A DNA stretch of 64,000 nt, taken from an uncultured virus (IMG/VR IMGVR_UViG_3300046519_000369). Taxonomy: Duplodnaviria; Heunggongvirae; Uroviricota; Caudoviricetes. Below the pieces are notes generated by a model. That model saw only the letters and a list, made by a program, of their open reading frames with translations, had not been told where the DNA came from and made no database searches. The position numbers were made by a program, and so were the translations under genes. Shown piece after piece: positions 8,825 to 18,473 of this stretch (position 1 is the first letter of the stretch; each line of letters opens with the position of its first letter). Location of the stretch: IMG/VR virus record IMGVR_UViG_3300046519_000369. One strand, given 5' to 3'.

Positions 8825-9654
8825 GTAGTTTAAAACATCCGCTTATCCGTTATCACGGTGGCAAGTTCCGTATTGCTGATTGGGTTATCTCACATTTTCC
8901 CGTCCACAAAACTTATGTTGAACCATTTGGTGGCGGAGCATCAGTTCTATTTACTAAAGAGCCTAGTGTTATTGAGGTCTATAACGATTTAGATAATGAG
9001 GTCGTGAATTTATTCAAAGTACTGAGAGAACCAGACCAACGAAGATGTTTAGAAGAGAAATTGTATTTAACACCATTTTCTCGCACTGAATTCTATGATG
9101 CTTACGATGAAACTGAAGATCCTGTAGAAAAAGCCAGAAGGATGATTATTCGAGCTCAAATGGGATTTGGTTCAGCTGGAGCAACTAAAGGGAAAACTGG
9201 TTTTCGAATGGCGGGAGGCCGACAAAAGAATTATGAAATTGCATTATGGGAACGTTACCCAAATCGATTATTGCAGTTTGCTGAGCGTTTAAAACAGGTT
9301 CTTATTGAAAACCAACCAGCTGCAAAAGTGATTAACCAATATGACGATGAGAACACATTATTTTTTGTGGACCCACCGTATGTAAGAAGTACTCGAACAT
9401 CAAACATGACAGCTTATCGATTCGAGATGAGTGATCAGGACCATATCGATTTATTAGGTCTATTAAATCAGGTCAAAGGTAAAGTCATTTTATCGGGTTA
9501 TGACCATGAGATTTACAACACACGCTTAACACACTGGGTGAAGAAAACTAAAGCGGTACAAGCCTCAGGAAATAGAGGCGGTGTGAGTCGCCAAGAATGC
9601 CTTTGGATTTCTCCAAATGCCCAACAAACCGATTTATTTGGAGTGGGCTTATGA
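8821..9654 (+). CDS. DNA adenine methyltransferase (D12/Dam class)
   Basis: RYHGGK, YVEPFGGGAS, DPPY. Confidence 0.92.
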   Translation: MSSLKHPLIRYHGGKFRIADWVISHFPVHKTYVEPFGGGASVLFTKEPSVIEVYNDLDNEVVNLFKVLREPDQRRCLEEKLYLTPFSRTEFYDAYDETEDPVEKARRMIIRAQMGFGSAGATKGKTGFRMAGGRQKNYEIALWERYPNRLLQFAERLKQVLIENQPAAKVINQYDDENTLFFVDPPYVRSTRTSNMTAYRFEMSDQDHIDLLGLLNQVKGKVILSGYDHEIYNTRLTHWVKKTKAVQASGNRGGVSRQECLWISPNAQQTDLFGVGL

Positions 9655-10079
9655 GTCTAGATGCCACAGTACAAGATGAAAGAATCTATTGTGATATTTG
9701 CCACACAAGAGAAATCTTTTACCCAATTTACCGTTTGAGTTCACGAATTTGTTTATGTGTCGATTGTGCACGTGAAGTTGCAAATTTATATGTGTATGAC
9801 TTCGAATGTCGCTGGATTGATCATGATTACGCAGCCAAGTATGGAGAAATCACTAAGCGCAAATCTCGTAAAACACTTCCTAAAAGAATCAGACAGTCTG
9901 TTTTTGAAAGAGATAACATTACTTGTCTGTATTGCGAATGTACCTCAGATCTAACAATAGACCATATTGTGCCAGTCTCTCGTGGTGGTGGAGATGAGAT
10001 GGAAAATTTACAAACCTTATGCCGAGTGTGTAATGCAAGAAAAGGGACAAACCTTGAAATGGAGAAGGCGAAAGTATGA
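9651..10079 (+). CDS. HNH endonuclease with N-terminal Zn finger
   Basis: CDIC..CVDC; CLYC..DHIVP.SRGG...NLQTLC..CN; ATGA overlaps at both ends. Confidence 0.85.
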   Translation: MSLDATVQDERIYCDICHTREIFYPIYRLSSRICLCVDCAREVANLYVYDFECRWIDHDYAAKYGEITKRKSRKTLPKRIRQSVFERDNITCLYCECTSDLTIDHIVPVSRGGGDEMENLQTLCRVCNARKGTNLEMEKAKV

Positions 10080-11110
10080 GTAAGTTCGTTCCAAATTCAT
10101 TCATGGTCGCTAATGCCTTTGTTGATGAAGCAATGAATAAGATTAGCGATGCTTCAGTCAAAATTTATCTCTTGATTGTAAGAAAGACACGTGGCTGGAC
10201 AAAAGAGAGTGACGCACTTTCTCTGACACAATTGGAGGAATTGTCATTAAAGAGCCGTCCAACGGTCGTTAAATGTCTTAATGAGTTAGTCAAAGTGGGT
10301 TTGATCAAGAAGCACCACCAATCTAAATATGGGAATGTTTATTCACTGATTGATCATTACAACATTGGCGAGCTTATTAAATTCCCTAGTAAAAAAATTT
10401 TAATAGTTCAAGAATTCACACCTTTTAAAAATGAAATAGTTAAAAATTTTAACTACCCGAAAAATGGGTATCAGAGTAGTGAAAAGGTAAGGGGAATCCG
10501 TCTGAACTTTCCTAGTAAAAAATCTTTACTAGTTAAAAGTTTTAACCAGACTAGTAAAATTTTTTTACCGCAACTAGTAAAAATTTTTAACACACAAAGT
10601 AACACTATCAAAAAACACTATCAAAATAAAAAAAAGAGCTGGTTGGTTTTGAAAGATTTAAAAGATCAAATTGTTTCGGCAAGTGATTTGATATCAGCTG
10701 AATCAATCCTCAAGGCGAAATGGTTTAAAAGAGAGTTAAGTGCTTTTGAAAATTTCAATGCAGAAAAAAACCATTCACCTGAATTCAAGATTTATCTGTT
10801 TGCTGACTGGTTGCTGAATGCGTTAGCAAAATACCAAGCACGTGAACAGGCATCTTTCCGGAATTCAGGGACGCAGGTTCGAGTCCCGCAGGGGGAGTCA
10901 AATCAACTCAGCGACAAACAGGTTCACACCTTCGCTCAAAAGCTTTCACAACATCCTGAGTTCGCAAGCCAGTTTGCAGCTGCAGGGGAAAGTTACGATC
11001 AACTCGCTGCACGTATCGCTGTAAAACTCAGTGATCCAGTTCAGGCCAAGCAATGGGAACCATATCTCAAGCAAGTTGGATTCAAAGGCACATTGCAGGG
11101 GGCAGCATGA
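10076..11110 (+). CDS. Phage replication initiator (O-like)
   Basis: IVRKTRGWTKESD.LS.TQL wHTH; internal iterons. Confidence 0.85.
   Translation: MSKFVPNSFMVANAFVDEAMNKISDASVKIYLLIVRKTRGWTKESDALSLTQLEELSLKSRPTVVKCLNELVKVGLIKKHHQSKYGNVYSLIDHYNIGELIKFPSKKILIVQEFTPFKNEIVKNFNYPKNGYQSSEKVRGIRLNFPSKKSLLVKSFNQTSKIFLPQLVKIFNTQSNTIKKHYQNKKKSWLVLKDLKDQIVSASDLISAESILKAKWFKRELSAFENFNAEKNHSPEFKIYLFADWLLNALAKYQAREQASFRNSGTQVRVPQGESNQLSDKQVHTFAQKLSQHPEFASQFAAAGESYDQLAARIAVKLSDPVQAKQWEPYLKQVGFKGTLQGAA
10387..10592. repeat. Replication origin iterons
   Basis: About six imperfect (C)TAGT(T)AAAA..TTTA(A)C repeats inside the replication gene. Confidence 0.75.
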
Positions 11111-11176
11111 CAGACCTCTACGATGTCAACGTAGCGCTCTTGGATAGTGAGCTCTACGCTTTTGAAAGGGGTATGC

Positions 11177-11593
11177 ATGTCTAGCATGAGTTTAGCCGAA
11201 TACCGTGAATTATTTCCAGTGAAGACAAAGAAACGCCGTTCAGCAAAGCAAGGTACTAGACAACCAAGTGAAGGCGAGACGGTACTGGCAACACACCTAA
11301 GAGCATGCAAGATCAGTTTTGAGCAGGAATTCAAATTTCATCCAAAACGCAAATGGAGAGCTGATTTTCTGATTACGGGAACAAAGATTCTGGTTGAGGT
11401 TGAAGGTGGTATCTGGAGTGGAGGACGTCATACAAGGGGCAAAGGTTACATCGGGGATATGGAGAAATATAACTCGGCGGCAATGATGGGTTTTACAGTT
11501 TTACGGTTCAGTACAGAGCAAGTGAAGTCAGGTTTAGCGGTTCAGCAGATAGAGAAAATGATTGGGGGAATGAATGACACTAATGATCGATAA
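11177..11593 (+). CDS. DUF559/PD-(D/E)xK-type nuclease
   Basis: EFKFHPKRKWRADF...VEVEGGIWSGGRH..G. Confidence 0.8.
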   Translation: MSSMSLAEYRELFPVKTKKRRSAKQGTRQPSEGETVLATHLRACKISFEQEFKFHPKRKWRADFLITGTKILVEVEGGIWSGGRHTRGKGYIGDMEKYNSAAMMGFTVLRFSTEQVKSGLAVQQIEKMIGGMNDTNDR

Positions 11594-12086
11594 GAAGCAT
11601 GTTATGCACTCAGTGGACTGGTCTCGGTTCGATCTGGAAGGCTGGTTATATCAGTTCGGTGCATGGCTAGATCAAAAGAGTTTTACTGGTATTCCTTCTG
11701 GTGCTTACAGCAACCCGATTGCTTCAGCGATGGTACAAGTTGAAAAGCAGCGCCGTTTAAAGCGGTTGGGCAAGAAGAAACAACGGGAAATCATCGCCAA
11801 TTACTTTGTGAGCGAAGCAGATCCATTCCGTAAAACCAAATCTAAAACCCAGTGCCAGATTGATGACAATGAAGCACGTGCAGTACAGCGCTTAGTTTTA
11901 GATTTAATGGGGCAGAGTGAAGTTATGGATGAATGGATGGAGGCGATTATTGACCGTTACTTTCGTGGACAGTCATGGCCTGAGATGGTTCGAGAAGGTC
12001 GTTCGCAATCAGATGCACGTAGTGATGTGAAGTGTGGTCTGGCTGTGTTGCATTGTCGATATGGGTTTATTGGGTATTTTTCTTGA
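11574..12086 (+). CDS. Late antiterminator Q-like protein
   Basis: LEGWLYQFGAW N-terminus, C-terminal HTH, position at end of early-right operon. Confidence 0.75.
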   Translation: MTLMIDKKHVMHSVDWSRFDLEGWLYQFGAWLDQKSFTGIPSGAYSNPIASAMVQVEKQRRLKRLGKKKQREIIANYFVSEADPFRKTKSKTQCQIDDNEARAVQRLVLDLMGQSEVMDEWMEAIIDRYFRGQSWPEMVREGRSQSDARSDVKCGLAVLHCRYGFIGYFS

Positions 12087-12146
12087 TAATTTATTAATTA
12101 ATATGAGATATTTGAATTATTATATAATTACATGCTTAGGTGATTT

Positions 12147-13235
12147 GTGGATTTAACGGAACAACAATTACAATTTTTAGAAGATTCTTCTGTAAAAGTT
12201 GAGGATTTTGAAAAAGCAAATATTGATATTGCTTTACTGATGGGGATTGCTCAGGATTATGTAAACTTTTCAGCTGATTTCTTACAAGAAGCTGAATACA
12301 TAGCTAAGAAACTTCAAAGGTGTAAATCCGTACATTCTGTGCGATGGCGCATTAAAGATGTGGGGCATTTAATTGAAAAAATAATCAGAAAACGTTGTGA
12401 AGCTAAAGTAGCAAAAAAATATCAGAATATTTCTATTGAAAACTATAAATCAGTTATTACTGATTTAATTGGCGTTAGGGCAATTCATTTATTCAAGGAT
12501 GAGTGGCTTGAAGTCCATGAACATATCCTATCTTATTGGAAGCCAAATGAAAGAGTTATCGTATATTTCAGAGATGGTGATGATATTGCAAAGTTTTCAG
12601 GGCGGCAATGTAATATTGTCAAGCATAAAGCAGGTTACCGTTCGATTCACTATATTATTCCTGTAAATAAAATTGACAATAATAAGGTTGCATGTGAAAT
12701 ACAAACAAGAACTTTATTTGAAGAAGGTTGGAGTGAAATTGATCACAGGGTGAGGTATCCAAATTTTTTAGATGATGAAAATTTAAAAAAATATTTAGAC
12801 ATTTTTAATAGATTAGCTGGTAGTGCTGATGAAATGGGGAGCTATGTCAATTCATTGGTTAATTTGATTAATGTTAATCAGGAGTATACTTCTCAAATCC
12901 ATACATTAGAAAAAAAAGTTGATAGTCTTATAGTAGAAAGTACGAGATCGGAGGAACTTAAGAAAGCCTTTGATGAACTTAAAAACACTTATGAGGTAAA
13001 AGAACAATTATTAAGGCATGAAATTAAAATGAGTAATCATAAAAAATCTATGCCACTTACTACTCGTAGAGCAATGCTAAACCGTATTAAAGATATGGAT
13101 ATAAAAAGTTTGAAGGCGTCTAGTGTTGGTTCTAAAGCACATACAGTTCTTATTGATAAGAATGGAGAAAGAGCTATTATACCTACCCAATATATAGAAG
13201 AATTAGAGCAGTTGCTTTCTGTAAATTTGGAATAG
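12147..13235 (+). CDS. RelA/SpoT-domain small alarmone synthetase with C-terminal coiled coil
   Basis: WRIK, DLIGVR, GYRSIHY, EIQTRT, WSEIDH motifs; no HD domain. Confidence 0.9.
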   Translation: MDLTEQQLQFLEDSSVKVEDFEKANIDIALLMGIAQDYVNFSADFLQEAEYIAKKLQRCKSVHSVRWRIKDVGHLIEKIIRKRCEAKVAKKYQNISIENYKSVITDLIGVRAIHLFKDEWLEVHEHILSYWKPNERVIVYFRDGDDIAKFSGRQCNIVKHKAGYRSIHYIIPVNKIDNNKVACEIQTRTLFEEGWSEIDHRVRYPNFLDDENLKKYLDIFNRLAGSADEMGSYVNSLVNLINVNQEYTSQIHTLEKKVDSLIVESTRSEELKKAFDELKNTYEVKEQLLRHEIKMSNHKKSMPLTTRRAMLNRIKDMDIKSLKASSVGSKAHTVLIDKNGERAIIPTQYIEELEQLLSVNLE

Positions 13236-13449
13236 TGTAGATTTAATTGAAAATATTAATTTTAATCTATAAATAGTTCAGAGCTATTTCTCACAGTAAT
13301 ACTCTGCGTAAATTATATTATTTTTAAAAGTAGTAAAATTTTAAATTAAGATTATCTAGACTCAAAAGGTCTATTGAAAGCTAGGCTTTTTGTTTTTATT
13401 AAATTCTTATACTATGTTTAATGTCTTTAAAAATATTTAAGGTTAAATC

Positions 13450-13689
13450 ATGGCTATATATACAATAAAATTTGCACATAGAAACAGAGCATTTTTTGCA
13501 GCAGCTAACAAAGTAGATGAATATATTGTTATTGAGGCATTAGGTTCATATTTTGAAATTGGCCATCAGGTGATTTTTGATGGTGTAAATATCTTAAATT
13601 TTACAGAGAAGGAAGAAACCTCTGCTATTGTACAATGCCAAACTAATCGTCAAGGTGCTATAGAATATTTAGAGGCACTGGATAACTAA
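13450..13689 (+). CDS. Hypothetical protein
   Basis: ORF with AAGG RBS. Confidence 0.65.
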   Translation: MAIYTIKFAHRNRAFFAAANKVDEYIVIEALGSYFEIGHQVIFDGVNILNFTEKEETSAIVQCQTNRQGAIEYLEALDN

Positions 13690-13755
13690 TAAAAGAATAA
13701 GAAAAATTAGTAGGTTTTATTCTAGTTCGTTCAATGTTGTCTATGATAAGTAATA

Positions 13756-14925
13756 TTGAAAATGGAGGGTTTTAAAAAAGTGAAAAAAGACAAATTGAGT
13801 GAAAGTTTAAAAAATCGCTTGAAAGACTTTTCACCTAGTGAGGATAAATCTTATGATTTGGTTTTTGAGGGGCCATCAGATCGTTATAATATAAAGGCTG
13901 AACAATTTCCGGTTCCAGGATTATTATTATTTTTATTGACTGGTATTTGTAAATTTTCTTCTAGAGGTAGGGAAGAAAAGATGCATTGGAATGTACCTTT
14001 TACCTATAAAAAATATAATTATGCAATTACTTTTGAAAAATTCGGCTTAAAATTGTATGCTGAAAAAGAATCTAAAATAAAACCAGAAGAAGTACTTGGT
14101 AAGCTCCGGAAAGCACTAGAATTAGTTGAGAAAAAAGTTTTAGATGATATAGCCAAACAGCAAATTTCAGCGGGTAATATATCAATAGAAAATCAGTTTA
14201 TTAAACTTAGTAATCAATATTCTTATTTTCGTGAAATGGCTGAAACTGAATATTCTTATAAGCAAAATTCTGGTAAATCCGGCAGCTTTATAGAAGAATT
14301 AATGAATACAATAAATAGTGAAACTAAAGCAAAAAAAGCAGGCCAATATAATGCATTAGCGATGATAGATGCCTATTTTAGTAGATTAGAACACTTTCTG
14401 GTACTTGCACTGCCTTTTTCCGATTATGATAGAGAAAAAGATAACTTGGTAGAATTTGTTGGTTCAGTCTGGTCGGAAAAGCTGAGGCGTATTTTTGATT
14501 TTTCAGATAAAAATATTCAGCGTCACTATAGTGATTTAGTGCATATTAAAGAGAAATTCCGTAATACATTTGCTCATGGTGGATTTGAAAAAAATGGACA
14601 GTCATTTTATTTCCACTTACCAGGATATGGCGCAATTCCTGCTAGCATGTCAGGGATAACAAACAGTGTGCACTTTGATTCTTTCCCTATAGATAAAAAT
14701 GGTTTTGATAAAATCTGTTCAGTATTTGATGCATTTGATCAGTATTTATCAACCGTTAGTCATTTAACTGAAGCATGGAAATACGCTGACAGTGGGCTTA
14801 ATTTAACTTTAGATAAACAAAATTTGGAAACCATGCTTGAGGCAGCAAAAGATCCGGAATACTTTGAAAAGTGGATTGAATATGAGTCTGAAAGAGAATG
14901 TATGTATATTAATGCAGACTATTAA
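13756..14925 (+). CDS. Putative HEPN-domain protein (start uncertain)
   Basis: RNTFAH (Rx4H) in helical C-terminal half; upstream YFSRLE. Confidence 0.6.
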   Translation: MKMEGFKKVKKDKLSESLKNRLKDFSPSEDKSYDLVFEGPSDRYNIKAEQFPVPGLLLFLLTGICKFSSRGREEKMHWNVPFTYKKYNYAITFEKFGLKLYAEKESKIKPEEVLGKLRKALELVEKKVLDDIAKQQISAGNISIENQFIKLSNQYSYFREMAETEYSYKQNSGKSGSFIEELMNTINSETKAKKAGQYNALAMIDAYFSRLEHFLVLALPFSDYDREKDNLVEFVGSVWSEKLRRIFDFSDKNIQRHYSDLVHIKEKFRNTFAHGGFEKNGQSFYFHLPGYGAIPASMSGITNSVHFDSFPIDKNGFDKICSVFDAFDQYLSTVSHLTEAWKYADSGLNLTLDKQNLETMLEAAKDPEYFEKWIEYESERECMYINADY

Positions 14926-15064
14926 AAGTATTAATAGTCTTTAAATTTGAAATTAAGCTTCTGTTTATAATTTTCAAGAATCATCATTAGATCAAGATAA
15001 ATACATTTGATGATAGGGAAGTCTGTATTTAGAGATCTGTATATTGATATGAAAAGTGGGGACC

Positions 15065-15100
15065 GTGTTGCATTGTCGGTATGGGTTTATTGGGTATTAG
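15065..15100 (+). repeat. Duplicate of the Q 3' end
   Basis: 33/34 identity to 12045-12078; encodes VLHCRYGFIGY*. Confidence 0.9.
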
Positions 15101-15220
15101 TTCATTATTTAGTTGTGATCTTTTCAAATGGGGAAGTTGGAAACTAATCCGAATTGGTTTAATGTGCCAGTATAGTGGGTTGTTGGTTCATAGTTGATTT
15201 TAAGTGGTTAATCAAATACC

Positions 15221-16198
15221 TTGATAAATCCTATTGTTCTATCAAGGATTACTAGCTGTATGATGTTTCGAACACATATACTTGATGATGAGCGTTTTAT
15301 AATTATAGATAAACTAGATTTTTCTGGACGGTGTTCAAAATCATCTTCTGGGGAGTGGTACATCTGTTGGAAAGATGGGGTTACCACATCAGAAGGAAGC
15401 CTATTAGGATTTAGGGAGAGTGGTCATGGGAGTTATGCTTTATATAATAAGAAACAAGAAAAAGTTATTTTAAGTAGTAAGTTGGAACGTCCAAATGCTG
15501 GTATGGTTGCTGATAATGGTACCTTCTGTATTAGTGATTGGCATTTTGGGGAGGGTCTGTTTGGTACAATCTACACATTTTTAGCTAATGGTGAAAAAGC
15601 TATTGGCAAGAGATTTGAGGCTAATATTTTTAACTGCGCCATTTCTGATAATGGTTTGTATGTGATTTGCCAAACTTGTGAGAATAAAGCTTCGGAAGAT
15701 GGAAATTTGCTTACTTTATTTAATGTAAAAACAGGTGGAGTTCTTTTCTCCATAAACCCGATGACTCCGTGGGCTGATCAATATATTTTTGATGTTAACA
15801 ATAGAAGGATTGGTGTCACTATTCGAGATGGTGGAACATATTATTATGATTTTGACGGTAAGTTTTTAGATGAAAAGAAATATGATGAGGAACAACTAGC
15901 TTCTAGTCGTTATGAAGTAGTTATCAATAAAGCCCAGAATATTTTGAAATCAGAAAATTTAGATTTTTATCAAGCCAACAGAGTAATAGAAGCAATTGAC
16001 TATTCTCTTACTCTTCTTAATGAAGATGAATTTCATTATAAAACATGGGCAGCAACTGCCTATAAAATACAAGGTTTAGCATATGAATTTATTAGTAATG
16101 ATCAAGATGCTCTTTTAGTTTACCAGATAGCTTTAGGTCTAAATCCAAAAATTGGATTAAAACGGAAGATTGAGAATTTGAAGAAAAAACTAATCTAA
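15221..16198 (+). CDS. Beta-propeller-like + TPR protein
   Basis: Repeated AISDNG/VADNG blades; C-terminal TPR (YKIQGLAY..AL.LNPKIG). Confidence 0.6.
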   Translation: MINPIVLSRITSCMMFRTHILDDERFIIIDKLDFSGRCSKSSSGEWYICWKDGVTTSEGSLLGFRESGHGSYALYNKKQEKVILSSKLERPNAGMVADNGTFCISDWHFGEGLFGTIYTFLANGEKAIGKRFEANIFNCAISDNGLYVICQTCENKASEDGNLLTLFNVKTGGVLFSINPMTPWADQYIFDVNNRRIGVTIRDGGTYYYDFDGKFLDEKKYDEEQLASSRYEVVINKAQNILKSENLDFYQANRVIEAIDYSLTLLNEDEFHYKTWAATAYKIQGLAYEFISNDQDALLVYQIALGLNPKIGLKRKIENLKKKLI

Positions 16199-16201
16199 TA
16201 A

Positions 16202-17134
16202 TTAATTTACTTTTAATGTAGATGTTAATTTAACTTCGCCAACCTCTGTAATTCCATTCTTAAAATTTAAGTAGCTAATATTTGCAATTGGTTTTATGAG
16301 ATAATCGGGATTATCAGCAGAACTCTTATCTTTCAATGTATAATCCTTTAATCTTATAGCCACAAGGCAGTTTGTTGAACCACAAATTAGAATTTTTCCC
16401 TTGAGTGGATAACTAATATTCTTATAAGTTTTATTTAAGTAGTCTTGTACTATTTCATCTTTAAAGAAAATAGGTCTATCTTCTGTTTTAAAGGAAATTT
16501 CTGCACGTGCCTTGCCACTATTTTCTATACCTATAAAGAATTTTAATATAGTAAGTACTAATATATACATTAGGATGAGATAGAAGTAATAACGGCCGAA
16601 CTCTTTGACTCCTTCCTCAATTTTTTTATGATCTTGGTTTTCTTTCCAATCTACAAATTTATAAAGTGCGATATGAGTTTTTAATCTTACTAGATGGATT
16701 AGATATCGGGTAGGGCGGGTTTTTTTTGATATATTCCCAATTTTATTTTTACTTTCTTGTTTTAAATAAGAAATTTTTAGTTGCCAAGATGTAGGTAGCC
16801 TTCCATAACTATCAAACCAATTATATATAAATACTAATGGAAACAATAAAAAATAGGCTAAGCCTCTAAAAATACTAATGTGAATTTGTTTATCGTATAA
16901 GGTATTTATTAGTGAAATAATTAGTAGCCCTGAAAAAAAAGCAAAGATTCCTATGAAACCATTTAGTCCCCCTAATTTAAGATACTCTTGAAGTGTAAGT
17001 CCTAAAGCCCCTTCACTGTAATCAAAATATCCCATAAAACTACTAACAAAAGAATTCCCTGATATATATGTAAAAACAGTTAAAGTCGTGGTTAAAAAAG
17101 TAAGATCTAAAAAAATATTTTTTCTGATAGCCAT
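16202..17134 (-). CDS. Multi-pass membrane protein
   Basis: About four hydrophobic segments; starts 5 bp after the HNH gene stop. Confidence 0.75.
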   Translation of the reverse strand: MAIRKNIFLDLTFLTTTLTVFTYISGNSFVSSFMGYFDYSEGALGLTLQEYLKLGGLNGFIGIFAFFSGLLIISLINTLYDKQIHISIFRGLAYFLLFPLVFIYNWFDSYGRLPTSWQLKISYLKQESKNKIGNISKKTRPTRYLIHLVRLKTHIALYKFVDWKENQDHKKIEEGVKEFGRYYFYLILMYILVLTILKFFIGIENSGKARAEISFKTEDRPIFFKDEIVQDYLNKTYKNISYPLKGKILICGSTNCLVAIRLKDYTLKDKSSADNPDYLIKPIANISYLNFKNGITEVGEVKLTSTLKVN

Positions 17135-17139
17135 TTATA

Positions 17140-17955
17140 TTAACTCTTTATATTTAAAAGCTTCTGTTTATCTGCCTTAGCATTCACAACATGCATTTTT
17201 TTATGGCAATTTGGGCAAAGTGCTACCGTATTTTCGACGGTGTCTGGTCCACCATGCGCTAACCAGTCAATATGGTGAGTTTCCAGGTAAGGCTCACCAT
17301 TTTGATCTTTAAAAGGGGCAGGTTGTTCACAGAGCTGACAAATGCCATTTGCTAAACGCTTCGCGAGCTGGGCAATAGCATCTGATCGTATAAAGTATTT
17401 CGTTTTGGTATTACGGTAGCTGACTTGGGTTTGTGCTGTAGCATGAGCATCAGCCATCAACTGCTCAATCGATTTCTTCTTATACTTACGCTGCTTTTTC
17501 TGACTAGTGCGCTCTATGGCCTCTACACTAATTGCTGTATTTGAATCAGACAATTTAACTGGGAATATCCAGACTAAGCGATCTTGTTTATTGGCATCAG
17601 GTTGAATCTTTTGATATGGATCTGCTGCGAGAGTAACTGGACCTTGATAGATATATTCTTTATCGACAAACACTTCAAAAAGGTGGACAGAAACACCATT
17701 ACTATTACTTTCAGCTAGTGTTCTATTCTGACTTATTAATCCCTGGTCACCGAGCTGGCCCATGCCGGTGTAATGCAGCTCATCGCCAATCCATCTATCT
17801 TCGTAGATGGACTCTACATGGTTTGAGACAATGATAAGGGTATTGGTCTTTTTGGATCTACGCATGCCACCTTGAGGTGAGCAAAGGAAGTAATCACGTA
17901 ATCCAGCATTATCTAAAATGGTACCCGGTTTTAATTGTTTAAAATCTTTCAACAT
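17140..17955 (-). CDS. SRA/YDG-like domain + McrA-type HNH endonuclease (putative type IV restriction enzyme)
   Basis: Y.DRW...LHYTGMGQ.GDQ (SRA-like); CQLC..APF....PYLETHH..LA.GG.D..N.VALCPNCH. Confidence 0.85.
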   Translation of the reverse strand: MLKDFKQLKPGTILDNAGLRDYFLCSPQGGMRRSKKTNTLIIVSNHVESIYEDRWIGDELHYTGMGQLGDQGLISQNRTLAESNSNGVSVHLFEVFVDKEYIYQGPVTLAADPYQKIQPDANKQDRLVWIFPVKLSDSNTAISVEAIERTSQKKQRKYKKKSIEQLMADAHATAQTQVSYRNTKTKYFIRSDAIAQLAKRLANGICQLCEQPAPFKDQNGEPYLETHHIDWLAHGGPDTVENTVALCPNCHKKMHVVNAKADKQKLLNIKS

Positions 17956-18359
17956 GCTGCAGTCTTATTATCAAGTAAGTATTTCACGATTGGGATATCA
18001 GCAGCAGCCCAGTCGAGCTGATCTAATTCATCGATTGTGCACCATTGTACATCCATGTGCTCACTTAACGCCAATTCTTCAATAGTCTTAGTCACGCACA
18101 TAAAAGTGGCCAACTCGATATTAAAGTTGGGGTAGGCGTGCTCTACAGTTAATAGATACGCTGTTACTTGAATATCGAGATTGAGCTCTTCTTTAATTTC
18201 TCGAATTAAAGCTTGCTCGAATGTTTCTTCAGCTTCGACTTTGCCACCCGGGAATTCATACTTATTCGATAAATAGGGATATTTATGCACACCTTTAAGG
18301 GCACATAAAATTTTATCCTGATGCAGGATGACTGCGGCAACTACTTCTAAAGATTTCAT
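17949..18359 (-). CDS. MutT/NudG-like Nudix dNTP pyrophosphohydrolase
   Basis: EFPGGKVEAEETFEQALIREIKEEL Nudix box; WAAADIPIV. Confidence 0.92.
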   Translation of the reverse strand: MKSLEVVAAVILHQDKILCALKGVHKYPYLSNKYEFPGGKVEAEETFEQALIREIKEELNLDIQVTAYLLTVEHAYPNFNIELATFMCVTKTIEELALSEHMDVQWCTIDELDQLDWAAADIPIVKYLLDNKTAAC

Positions 18360-18473
18360 TCAAACTATTTTAGATGAGTTCAATATAAATATTATGCTTT
18401 GAACTGGCTTATGTTTGCACTTAATATTTAAAAGAATATAATAAAATTTCAATATAATTAAAAGGATAAAGTC

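Noticed and set aside
8821..10079. Dam + HNH as a restriction-modification pair
   Set aside because: Both are common independent genes in phage replication regions; adjacency is the only evidence.
10869..10889. tRNA/tmRNA T-arm-like GGACGCAGGTTCGAGTCCCGC
   Set aside because: No acceptor stem or D arm; lies in frame within the replication gene.
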